The position numbers and the translations under genes are program-made. Shown here in pieces: positions 52,057-64,000 of a stretch of DNA of 64,000 nt; within the stretch, counting starts at the first letter, position 1; every line of letters starts with the position of its first letter. Where the stretch lies: NCBI GenBank assembly GCA_001643675.2, contig LSRY02000019.1, positions 1,116,001 to 1,180,000 on the forward strand. The letters are read 5' to 3'. Source of the DNA: Monocercomonoides exilis PA203 (Eukaryota > Protista > Preaxostyla). Below the pieces are notes generated by a model. It was given only the letters and a program-made list of their open reading frames with translations. It did not search any database and was not told where the DNA came from.

Positions 52057-53274
52057 ATGTATACAAGTGAGCAAAACAAATTAATTATAAGAAGTTTGAT
52101 AGCGTAAATTTTAACTTTTGCAATTTTGGCATTCCATTTTAGAGGATCCATCCAAATGCAACATTGTATTCCTATTCATTATTTTTGCTATTTTTACAGT
52201 AGCAATTTGTGTACTGTGCCTTTTTATAAATTACATAACAGTTTTTGTATGCAGTCATCATTTATTTTTTATATTTCACTTATTTTTTATCCACCAGACG
52301 ATTCCTGTTTTGATTGTCGGCTTACTCGCAACCACAGTTTATTTCTCAATTTCTCATAATCGTTTTTATACGATAATATTTATAGTTTTCTATTTTAAGG
52401 AAACATATTTCATATACGATAATTTGTGATTCAACTGAAGGAACATTGAGGATTAATTCTTTACCAACATTTTTTGGAAAAATTGCTTGCCGTCGTGAAA
52501 GTCATTTGATACTTCGCATGACAGATATTCAAGAAATAGCGATGCTTTCTAAATCCTCTGGCAATTTAGATGAAGAAAGAAATAAACGCCAAAAATCAAA
52601 ACAGTATTTGTTTACAATTAAAACACGAGATGGTATCATGTCAACTCAAAGTTTTTCTTTGTATTATGAACAAATACAAAGTATTATTGATTATGTTTCT
52701 AAATACAATTCAATAATTGCACAAATGAATTACCTAAACGTTCGCTTCAATTTTTCAATGCGTTAAAAAATTTGTTAATGTTATTCTTTTCAATAATTGT
52801 TAGATGCAGTCTTCTGACATTCAGCAGCCGGCATATGCTGATCAGGCTTATCAATCGTTGTACGCGCCATTTTCAGAATCTTCAGCAAACAGCTTTGCAT
52901 CTGTTGTCACACCAACGCTTCAAGCAAATTCTTCTTCTTTCACTTCTCAGCAGGAAGCTTATTCTGCTCTATCTTTGCAGTCACAGAATGTGAACATATC
53001 TTCTTCTTCTTCTTCTGCGCAGTTGCTGCCCCCGCATCAAATGCTGCCACCCACTGCATTTCAGCCTCCCTCAGATGAGACGCTGCTCTTACCTTCTGAA
53101 AATTACAACATATACCAGGCACAGTATAACTCAGACATCATTCAGCCAAATTTTGCTGATGCTTCGCAGGTCAGTCAGTATTCGCAGCAGTATCCTTCTG
53201 CGCAGACCCAAATTGCGTTCCAGCAGCCTTCTTTTGTTGTTGAAAGAAATAACATTGCAACTGAAAAGGATTGA
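52057..53274 (+). CDS. Small multi-exon membrane protein of unknown function with Q/S/Y-rich tail
   Basis: ATG at 52057, short GT-AG introns, hydrophobic exons (52143-52340), globular exon ~52400-52740 and last exon 52804-53274. The exon structure is not fully resolved. Confidence 0.45.
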
Positions 53275-55118
53275 ATAATCATGTTTTGAGTATTTTTGAT
53301 TGTAATTTTATGTTAAAGTTACGTTCTCAAAAGATGCCTTTTCATGGCATTTTTTGAAAGCTTTTCTATAAGTGGAATTCAATATTTTGTAAAAAAAAAC
53401 TGTTGTTATTATATTTTGTGTAATTATGAAATTGCTTAACATTTTGACTAATTTTTCTTTTTCTTCGGAAAATTTTTCATTCATTAAATATTTTCTTTTT
53501 TTCTTATTTTGTGATTTGATAATTTTGTTTTTATTGCCCAAGTTTTTGTTCTTTCTTTATTTTATTTTATTTAATTTTATATATTTTTTGATTTTATAAT
53601 TTTTGAATGGATATATTTTTTTAACCTTACAAACACTCAACAAATGCATATACAGAGAGATTCAACAAATTTGGAATAAGATTATAGTGAAACATCCTCC
53701 GTCCCCCATTCATACCCAGAGCTATGAGATCTATATGTTTATAAAATGTTTTCAAAATGTTTCATCCATTAAAAATTCAGACAATGCGCTCCAATGATGT
53801 TTCATATCAAAAGGCTTTGCGATGAATGAATTTGAAAGTGGTTATTTCTTTCCAATGAATATGTTTCGCATTTGGGTGAGTGAAAGGCAAATTTTTGTAC
53901 CGAATAAATGTTCTGTGATGATTGTTTTCATAAATAATTAACATTGTAATTGAGGAATAGAATTGTCTGAATGAGAATAATTAGGAGGTTTGTCTTTCAG
54001 GAGTAAAAATAGAAGAAAATTTTTTGAAGCTTTTTTGCAATTACAGTCAACCTCTGTTATTGTTTGAATAGGGTTTGTTGAGAGAGTTGATTACAAAAAA
54101 AGAAATGAATCAAATTTTCAGACTTGTCACAAATATGAATATTTCCTCCTTTTGATTCTTTAATCGAAAAAGTCTGAAACAAACGTTGATTCACAAGTAA
54201 TTTTGTATGATGGTATTTTGAGTTTCCGTGTATTAAGTGTATTTACGGAAATGTTTTTGGAAAATAAAAATTAGTTTGTGAATATTTCCTTATTGTTTCT
54301 AACATGATGAATTATTTATTGTTATATTTCTTGGAAAAAAAAGCTTCCAAATAAAGTGTATTTTCAATGTATTATGTGAAGTGAAATGAATAAGACAACA
54401 TGAAATTCTTAATAATTTGTAAGCCAAAACTAGAAAAAAGAACAGAAACGTAGAGTGATCGAAAACAGCACAACGCGCACAAGAAAGTTCTTCATTTCAA
54501 ATATGTAATATCAAAAATATAATTTACAGCTTCACCTACTGTGCTCATTTGCCTTTACTCAAAAAAAAAGGCATTATATCACACAGACTTCCCCAGCTGT
54601 CCAATGTATATCAAATAAAAGTTGAAGAGAACGTCTAAAAAAAGGAGAAAAGTCAAATAGAAAAGTGATATGATAAGACATAGAATCTCATAATTTGAAC
54701 AAAAAACATAACCAACGTAAAACTAAACTTAAGTACACTTTTTTTGTACTCAGCAAGTTGATATTTATTTATTTGTCTCTCTAATAATATTTCTTTCTTT
54801 CTTTTTGACTTTATTTTTGTGCAAAATACAACAAATTATCAATAACCACACACGTCAATGCATCAAAATAAATAAATCTCACTAAAAACACTTTGAGCCA
54901 AATTCCATGAAGAAGGGAAGGGTGGAAGGAAAGATATATTAATTTTGAATGTGCTAGCCTTAAAAAAAAAAAAAAATTCACACCTTTTAAACTTCCTTTC
55001 ATAATTGCGCTTGCTTCAAGATTGTTGCTGTAGAATACATTGTCTATCTAAAATAATAATAAAAATAATAATAAATAATTCAGGGTGCTTTCTTTCTTTC
55101 TCAGTTTCGATTAGGAAG

Positions 55119-58100
55119 TCAATGCTCATCCATATTTTCGATTTCTTCTGTCTTCTTTAAATTTTCATTCGTTTTTTCCGCTTCTTCATCTTTTGTACAT
55201 TCACCTTCATCACTTTTTTCTGAACGTTCAGTTATTTCGTTGTTATCTCCAACATCTTTATTTATCTTGTTGCCTTCTTCTTCCTTTTCAATTTTTTCTT
55301 TTTCTATTTCTTTATCGTCTTTATTGCCTTTATCGTCTTTATCCTCTTTAATGTCTTTTTCTTTTATATCTTTTATATTTTTATCTTCTATCTCCTTCTC
55401 TGCATTCCCATTTTCATCTTTCTCCGTTCTAATGTCCTTTCCTTTCTCCTTTCCATCATTTTCTGCTTCTGAGACTTTAAGTGGCTCTGGCTGCAACACA
55501 TTTTCCGGTTGCACGCCGTTTTGTTCACTTGCATCATTCCTTTCAATAACCGCATATTTATCTAAATCTGCTGACTCCTTTGTGACAAGCAACTGTAATA
55601 AATCAGTGCTTCCTTCAGTGAAATCAGGCTCAACTTTATCAGAAGGCGAGAGCGTTTGCCCAAACTTGCTGTATGAATCGCATTTTCTATACAAAGAAAC
55701 GAAGGAGTTTTCATTTGACGTACTTGTATTGAAATTCTGTGAAGCGTTATTGGAGAGGGACAAACATGAAAGTGGAGAAAAACAGCGAGATTGCGAACGA
55801 GAAGGAGAAGTGGAAAGAGAAGGAGAAAGAGAAGGAGAAAGAGAAGGAGAAAAAGAAGGAGAATAAGAGCCTGGTGAACATATTTTGATATTTGTCGGGT
55901 CTTCTGGTATAGAATTATTTGTGAAAAAATACTGATTTTGAAGTTTGGAATTTTTTTCAATGGATTCAACAAATACTTCCCGCTTTTCGGGGGGAAACAA
56001 CGATAAAACATCTGTTTCAATATCTTTGCTTTGAAATTGATAGGTATAATTGGTCTGATCATCGTCAACCAACTGAATCTGTGAAATGTCTTCTTTAACA
56101 GCATGAGGCATAAGCGAAGATCCAGACGAAGACGAGGAATGGTCTGTGTCAATGGTTTCTTCGGTGGCATTGCTGCCATTACTGTCATTGTTTTCATTGT
56201 TTTCATTGTTTTCATCGTTGTGTGTATTCTTCTTAAGAGCATCTGTATCTTCAGCAGAGCTTACTGATTGGATGGCATTGCTTTGGCTTATTGCTCCTTG
56301 CTCTGTGTGGCCATCATTATCTACATTACCACCACCACCATCACCACCACCATCACCGCCATCTCTAATTCCATTTTCATTTCCATTTTCATTTCCATTT
56401 TCATTTTCATTTTCATTTTCATCACCATCACCATCACCATCACCATCACCATCACCATCACCATCACCATCACCATCACCATCGCCATCGCCATCGCCAT
56501 CAACTTGGCACGAATGCCTTATTCCTTCATAACGAGTCATCTCGATCTCCTTCTGCACATCTGTGTTCTGCTCATTCTCCACCTGATGCTGACTCATTGC
56601 TTCGTTAAAGAAGGGCGCATTCAATTCCATTGTATATTCATAGTCTTTCTCCTCGTGCAAATAGTTTTCAATCAGATCATCTCTCGAATTCAGCATCTCC
56701 TGTGAGATTATTTTCTTCATCTCTTCTTTATCCACAAACGGATACATCAGCAAAGCTGACTCGTGGCTGACTTGTGTGTATCTCGGGAAAATGGACTGGT
56801 CCATGAACACCTCATTCACACCGGTGCTTCTTGGAATTTGTGGAACATCGGCGCTTCTTTTCATTTGTGGAACATAGTAGCTCGCAGCGCTCGGCTCAGC
56901 TGTGCTTCTGCCTTCTTGCACTTCGTTGGCTGTCTGGCTGGTCCTCATGATGGCAACTTGGCTTATTTCCTGTCTCTTCTCTGGCTGGTCACCTCCCACA
57001 TTCCGGTTAATCACATTAATTTTGTTGAATTCGATTTTGTCGTTTTCTTCCTCATACGATTCCTCTTTCTGCTGATTGTCATCCGTGTTCTGGAATCCAT
57101 AATTCCTTTTTTCTGCCATGTGTTCAGCGATCAGTTCTGCTTCTCTCCTCTTTTTCTCCCTGGCCAGCATCCGTGCAAGCGACAGCGCGTACTTAATCAG
57201 TTCCATAAAATCCTTTTGCTGCAGTGCAACCAGCGGTTTCGAGAAGAATGCATCATCTTCCTCACACCTTTTGACATCACTATTTTCATCCTTCTTCCCC
57301 AATTGAAACACGCCCCCTGGGGTAGAGCTGAACGACAAGAACTTGATGCAGCCGCTGTACACCAGCAGCCCATCGCTCGGATACTCATGTCTCGTACTGC
57401 CCAGATCGACGCACGATAGCGAGCGATGCATAAAGGACATGTCTCCACCGACTGACAGACTCCGCGCTTTCTTTTCCCGCTCGTCCGGCGGGACTGAAAC
57501 AGAGCGCTGAATGTAATTCATTCTCTGAGCACCCGGAGCATCTAAAGCAACAGAATAATCAGAGGTTGCAGATCCAGCAGAAGCAACGGAATATGCAGCG
57601 GAAGCAGAGGAAGCAGAGGTAGCAGAGGAAGCAGACGTTGCAGAGGTAGCTGGAACCGACGAGCCGCAGGTAGCGTTTCTGGAGCTGGTTGTTTCGTCAG
57701 GGCAAGTGTTGTGCTGCATATCGTCGAAGTCTCTAATGCTTCTGGAATCTTGACTGCCTTCGTGGTCGTAGCTGCTATGGGCGTCTGGGTCAGAGGATCT
57801 GGAAGAGGAAGAGGAAGAAGAAGGTGAAGGTGAAGGCGAAGGTGAAGGTGAACCAGAACAAGAAGAACAAGAAGAAGAAGAAAAGGAAGAAGAAGAGGTA
57901 AAGGAAGAAGAAGAGGAGGAGGAGGAAGAATAGGAAGAGGAAGAAGAATAGGAAGAAGATGAAGAGCCTGTTGGAGAAGGCGAGCGGTCCACTGCATCAT
58001 TCAACCCATCGTCCACTGGAACCGCCGCTTCATCTCCTTCTCTTCTTCTTTCACCAGTGCCATCCCCAACAATTTCAAAGAAACCATCGTTTGTTTCCTC

Positions 58101-61063
58101 TTCGCCCCCGCGGAAGTTTTTCATCGGATGCGCCTGTACTTGCTGAGCAGGGGCAGTCTGTATAGGCTGTATAGCCTGTATAGCCTGAATCGCCTGGAAA
58201 AATCTAATCTGATGTGGGATCTGGGCAATTTGAGCAGGCATTCCATTGGCAACAGCGCCTGGGTCAATGTCAATGGGGAGCAAAGAAGGCTGATTGGGAC
58301 CGAGCACTGGCCCCGTGCTGGACTGCAGCAGAAGCTGTGGTTGTTGCTGCGGGCGTTGCTGTCGTTGTAGGAACATTTGCATCTGAAGAGCATTGATGTT
58401 GATGGGTGCAGAGGAATTGGCAGGAGGAATGGCATAGGAATAGGATTGCTGTGATTGCGAGGCTTGCCCAGGGAGCATATTGCTGTTGCTTTGAGAAAGA
58501 AAAGGAGGATTCGAATTAAATTCATTGGGAAGAGGGCTGTGCATGAGCACTTGGGGGGGAAAGGATTGAAGTGGATATGAGCCTCCAGACTGAGGAGGAG
58601 GTGGAGGAGGAGGAGGAGGAGAAAAGAAGACGCGATTCAGAGGCATTTGTTGTGCTTGCTGTACTTGCTGAGGTTGTTGAATGTGAAACTGAATGTTATT
58701 GAACAGGGAAGGATTGCTTTGGACAGCAGCAGAAGGCGAACAATCGTTGGAGGAAATGGAATGCATCGATGGAGACTGATCGGACTGGGTTTGGGTGTTG
58801 CTGGGCTGAGCGAATGTGCTGGTGTTTGTTAACATGGGAAGAGAAGAAGAAGAGGGGGAGGAGGAGGAGGAGGAAGAGGAAGAGGAAGAGGAGGGAGGTG
58901 ATGGTGATGCTGACTGCGATATTGATAATTGCGATGGTGAAAAAGATGAGCTAAAGGAAGTGGCAGAGGAAGGGGATGAAGGAATAGGTGCAGATGCAAA
59001 AGACGATGGAGATGACAATAACGATGATGACGACACTGGTGAAGAAGAAGATGATGATGGCTGTGTAAATGATGAAGAAAAAGGAGCAGTCAAAGAGGCA
59101 GAGGTGTTGATGCCCGGAGGGGGATAAGGATGAGGAGAAGGAGAAGGAGAAGTCGGTGCTGGTGTCTGCATTTGAACAGTGCTGGTGAGTGTGCTTGCGG
59201 CGGGGTTTGGAAGTGCGCTTGTAAGTGCGTTTGTGGGTGTGGTTGTGGCTGTGACTGTCGTTGTGGTTGGAGTCGAAGTTGGAGCTGAAGTTGAAGTTGA
59301 AGTTGGGTTTATGTTTGTGCTTGCCACTGCATTCGGTGCTGCTGATGAGGATGTCCCGGGTGTCTGCATGGATTTCGGAAAGAATGGAGGCGAAGTCACT
59401 GACAAATTAGATGTCACGGGAGAAAGATTTGTGGAAGGAGAATATAAAGAATATAATTTCTGGTCTGTTTGCCCAGCTCCAACTCCAACACCAACTCCAC
59501 TTCCAGGGCTTATGCCTTGTTTGCTCATGCTGTTGTAAGTCGAGGGCGTATTGTATTTGGTTCCTTTGTCGAACAAAATCTTTACAGTTTTGTCGGTGCT
59601 GTACTGGTTGAATCTGTCTTGTTCTGGCGGTTTTTGACTGGCGGCTGTGTACACAGACGAGACGATGTTGCGCAGGCGCGGCAGGCGGATAGACTCGTCG
59701 ATGCGCATGTTGCGGCAGAAGTAGAAGGTCATCTTGCAGCCGAACGGTGGAGGTGTCGTAGATGATCCAATGGACGACGAAGAGGATGAAGAATAAGATG
59801 AGGATGAGGAGGAGGATGAGGAGGAGGAAGAGGAGGAGTATATCGACTGCTGCATAGACGGTGCGGGTGCGATCTCGTAGACGAAGCTGCCGGATAGCTC
59901 ATCCAGAGCCTGTTTCACGCACTCTGATGCATTCGACCAGCCTTCCATCTCAGGAAACATCACAAAGCCATAGTCCTGTATTTTCCCGTTTTCTGTGGGG
60001 AGATACACATCCTCCGTCTTAAGCCGCAGCTGGTCCACAAGCTGCTCGTACTTTTCTTTCTTCAGCAGCTCTGGCGGAGGCTTTACGTGCAAGTGCTTCA
60101 GCCTTTCCCATATTGCCTGCTTTATTACTTCGCTTTTGGGGGTGAACGAATTTGATCTTCGAATGATGAATGACAGTGTGTTGCGTCCAATGTTCACGTT
60201 TGCCCAATGTGCGCTGACATTTTTAACGTGTTTAACTATATCAACTAAGCTGTCGTGAGCCTTAATGGCATCTGAACGCTTCTTAAACTGAATAAAACAA
60301 GTACGATGATCTGACGCCAAGGAAACACCTGTTAGATCTCCAAAAGTATTTCTTTTTTAAAAAAGGAAAGAAAGAAAGAAAGAGAAATATATATATATAT
60401 ATATATAATTGTTATATTAGAAAATAAATTTTAATTTTGTATGAATTTATCGAAAAGGCACACTGGCATGTATTCATTAACATTTCAACAAAATCGTCTT
60501 CGAGCTCTCCTCTCACAGCAATTGTTTTGTTTCTAAATGCGGGTTGTATTCTATATTGCGTGTTTTCCAGCGACTAAAATTGCACAAAAATTATAAAAAA
60601 AAGGAAGAATTTGTAAAAAAAAAAAAGGTTTTTATAAAACGATCATATACCACTGAAGAATGCTTAAGAAGTATGGAAGCACTTTTCTCTTCCGTAAAAT
60701 AAATAAAAATATATCCTGTAAATTCTTCCGATTTTTTTTGTTTGTGGATTCTATCGATTGTTCCAATATCCCTAAAAAATCCTTGAAGCTGATCTTTATC
60801 ATAACGTAAAGGCACGTCCAAAAGTTTCACTCCTCCTAATGTATTCATTAACATATATACATATATATAATTATTATTAAAAAATAATTTGCTAGAATTC
60901 TCTTAAAGAATATCAAATTAACAAACTATCATCATCATCCACCTGAGCATTGTCTGAAACATTAAACAATTTTTCAATTGAATATGAAACTTTTATAAAA
61001 AAACAAACTTCTTTGGATGAAATACATGGAGGATGCTCCTTGATCTTCAGGGAAAGAATTCAT
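55119..61063 (-). CDS. Multi-RRM RNA-binding protein with long low-complexity C-terminus; multi-exon
   Basis: RRM-like segments: VKLLDVP...FFRDIGTI...GYIFIYF (60591-60840), FGDLTGV...CFIQFK.RSDAIKA (~60200-60345), and DYGFVMF. The large last exon is ORF 55119..60320. The start at 61063 is inferred. Confidence 0.65.
56421..56502 (-). repeat. 6-bp coding repeat (GGTGAT/GGCGAT) encoding (GD)n
   Basis: Directly visible; followed by an (EN)n repeat. Confidence 0.85.
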
Positions 61064-61215
61064 CCTCGACAGAGCTTTCAGGATATTAATAAGGGTTGGT
61101 GATATTAAAAAATAATTCGTTAAACAAAAATTAACATATAAATAAAACATACGAAAAATAACAACTGTGAATGATTTTAGAGAACATAAATATTTCTTGT
61201 TTCCCTTTAAATAAA

Positions 61216-62233
61216 ATGTTTTTTTTTCTGTTAATTTTTGTTTTAATTTTTAATTTTAATTGGGGAAAAGAAAACGCACGAAAGAAAAGTAATCAAGATG
61301 AAGATCAATATTGTGTTTTTGACGATATTGATATGTCTCAGCTTCCTGATTGGGTGATTCAACGCTGGAAAAGTGTGATAGTTTTTTCTTTTTTTCCAAG
61401 ATATAAAGAAGCATATAATTGTCATCATGGTCAGCGAACGAGCATGTTTGGTATTATCATCCTTGCTCGGATATAACAATTCCTGGACATGAGAATTTTG
61501 CCGTTCTTCGACCAGATGGTTCAATTGTTGATTTAAAAATAAAAGAAGATTGCAGTTCGCTATATCCGATCACAAGCAAACAAAAAGAAGAAGGGCTTGT
61601 TAGGTTATGTTATTCAGACGATCTAAATGAATGTTTGCAATTTTATCGTTCGTTTTACAAAGTTATTAATAATTTTATTGTGTGATGAAGTTTCGGCTGT
61701 GTTTGATTATTTTATTTCCATTTTTATTGTTAATGAAACTGATAACAAACATTCAATTTTCCACTTGTTGTTTGTGGTTTTCGTCATCAAAATAGCATCG
61801 ATTTCCCATGTACTTCCACAATTCTAAAGAAGCCATATTTGGTTTGAAATAATTTAGTATCTGAATTTTCGTGAAATTATGTATATATGAATAATATTTA
61901 TTGAATTGTTCAATATTTATTTCAAATGATTATTCTTTATTTTTATCTTAATTCATTCAAAAAGAGGGCCAATAACACAATTTGTCCTGATAACTCGAAA
62001 TGCATATATGCAATTTGGGAAAATTCTTTAACTTGTCGTTTGTAAATTTTAAGTTGGATTTTTTGACTCGTTTATTTTTTCTTTTCTAATTTACTTATGC
62101 ATGTTCATTCGTTGAATTTGTTAAATTTTTATAACAAATTAAAAATCAAATGTTAGAAAGAAGTTCAATTGACTGGATAGGATTTGTGTACATTGCATTT
62201 GTATTGATTGTTGTCATTCTTATTTGCATCTGA
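61216..62233 (+). CDS. Putative secreted/membrane-anchored Cys-containing protein; multi-exon
   Basis: Signal-like MFFFLLIFVLIF, Cys-bearing exons, and a terminal hydrophobic exon IDWIGFVYIAFVLIVVILICI*. Intron boundaries are inferred. Confidence 0.45.
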
Positions 62234-64000
62234 TGTAATTGATATCATTTTTGTGTTCAAGTATTTAAATAAAAAAATAAATAAATAAAATGTATGTAAA
62301 ATTAGAATTTTATTTTTATTTATATTTTTTCTTTTTTTTTTTTTTTTTCATTCTTCTAAGATAGTTATTGCATGCTATTAACTTTTATTGTCAAATAGAT
62401 CCTAAGTTTTATGGTTATTGATTTTTTCAGATATCTCAATTATTCAGATTTCATAATTCTTTCCCATGCAAATAACACATATTATAAAGATACTTTGTTT
62501 TCAACTATTCTGTTATGCGAGCATATTAATTAATTAAATTTGATGCTAAACAATTGTTTTTTGCTCTTTCTGATTATTTTTTAAAGTTACGACAACTCAA
62601 TGTTGCTTCATATTTGAATGCTGTTCTTGATTGTAATTTCATTTTTCAGCTCAAACTTTAATTTTTCGTTCTTTCAACTCTCTTTTGAAAGAAAATCAGC
62701 CACATCATTTTTTGATAAATAATTACAAAAATTATTTACAGAATCAGAAATATTGTAAGTGTATTAACAAAGAAAAATCCGACCAAAACTTCTTGATCAA
62801 AATTTCAATCAATAAAACATGATGAGTTATTTAAAGGGAAACCAAAAAATAAATCGAGACCCAAGATACACTTATTAATAAAACTTTCATAAATAAAGAA
62901 AAAAAACTGAGACATTTGAAACAATATTTTTTTCACGTTGCTGAAATCATTTTTTATTCTTGTTGTTTTTGAAAAGAGATCTTCAAATTTCTGTTCAATT
63001 TTTGAATCAATGACTTTCTTAAGGAAGCAATTATTTTTCATTTTGTGAGTTTAAAGTTTTTCATTGTTTTATAACTTGACTTTTTATTGTTTTTTAATAA
63101 TTTTTCCAGTCACACATTTCTATTTTTTTTTTTATTTTGAATTATTTGATTATAATAGAAATCTCAATGATTCAGAAATTCAGTTCACACGAGCGAGATT
63201 CGTAATTATGTTTCAATTGGATATTTGAATATTATCCAAAATCAAAAGAATACAGCAAAAAGATAATTTTTGTTTTTGCTTTTATTTATTTATTTATTTA
63301 TTTTTGATAATTATTTGCATTGAAATATAATTGAATTTGTGCATTTTCAATTTTGGATGAAAATAAAACAAAAGAAAAATATCAAAAATACAAAAACTTA
63401 TAAAAAATTTTTTTGTTCCTTTTTGAGGAATGTTAATACTCTTCTGTCAAGATGCTGGGTAATGAGTGTACAGTGAGGAATAAAGGAAACAACATCGAAG
63501 TTATATTTGAGGATTTCTTTCCAGATTGTCGGGTTTTACACGAGGAATGTGAGAGTAGATAAGAAGCAGGCAGAGAGAATTCTCGAGTGAAATGCACTCT
63601 CTGCGGTCGATGATTGCTGGGAGGAGTGTTGAAAGAACAAACATTTTGAATTGGTTGCAGCCCATCAAATGACTTCCGTTCGCTAATTTTCCAGAGTTTG
63701 CGATAGCATCAGCTTCATTTTATTATAAAGGTTATTGTTCGTCAACATAATCACAGAAGGAAATGAGAACCCGTCAGCAGCAACAGAAGTTTCCAGTGGA
63801 GAATTTGCCGTTTTCTGAGTTTCTTTGTGAAGTACTGGATTTTCATTTTTCAAATGAGCCAAACAAAGCTTTGTTCACCAGTATTCTCAAAAAAGATTCA
63901 ATAATGTTGAATATCAATTCTTCACAAAATTCATTTTTTTGTGAAAAATTTCGAACAATGAATGCCTTTATTAAAGAGCATTTCAAATAGATGCAGAAAG

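Noticed and set aside
53600-54100. Possible transposase remnant on the minus strand
   Set aside because: Only short broken frames with no diagnostic motif.
115-59765. Numerous antisense/alternate-frame ORFs (poly-E, poly-L, poly-K, poly-M)
   Set aside because: These are shadows of triplet repeats in the real genes and show no domain motifs.
23498-61063. Functional cluster of RNA-binding genes (FET-like, PUF, RRM)
   Set aside because: They are separated by unrelated genes and belong to common families; coincidence suffices.
1-64000. tRNA/rRNA genes
   Set aside because: No recognisable cloverleaf or rRNA conserved motifs seen; a covariance-model scan would be needed to exclude them.

Overview
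AT-rich eukaryotic (protist) genomic DNA in the standard genetic code. It has short GT-AG introns and giant genes inflated by Ser/His/Glu/Gln low-complexity tracts. The style and a GGAL/GGGIYL-type surface-protein family suggest an oxymonad such as Monocercomonoides (inference, not searched). Housekeeping genes: a >4380-aa myotubularin with its catalytic domain split by huge inserts, a FET-like RRM+RanBP2-ZnF protein, WDR48/UAF1, a ~3830-aa Pumilio protein, a BRWD-like bromodomain protein without WD40, an ankyrin-DHHC palmitoyltransferase, a multi-RRM protein and two small unknown membrane genes. An accessory island (~14.2-22.7 kb) holds an intronless triple-domain YdaG/PNPOx-like flavoprotein and an intron-containing, frameshifted DDD transposase. 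A foldback-type MITE sits inside one transposase intron, and a surface-protein pseudogene follows. Window-wide patterns: conserved GC-rich domain islands are repeatedly flanked by a pyrimidine tract on the left and a complementary purine tract on the right; candidate short introns lie just after stop codons; and there are three tight head-to-head gene pairs.
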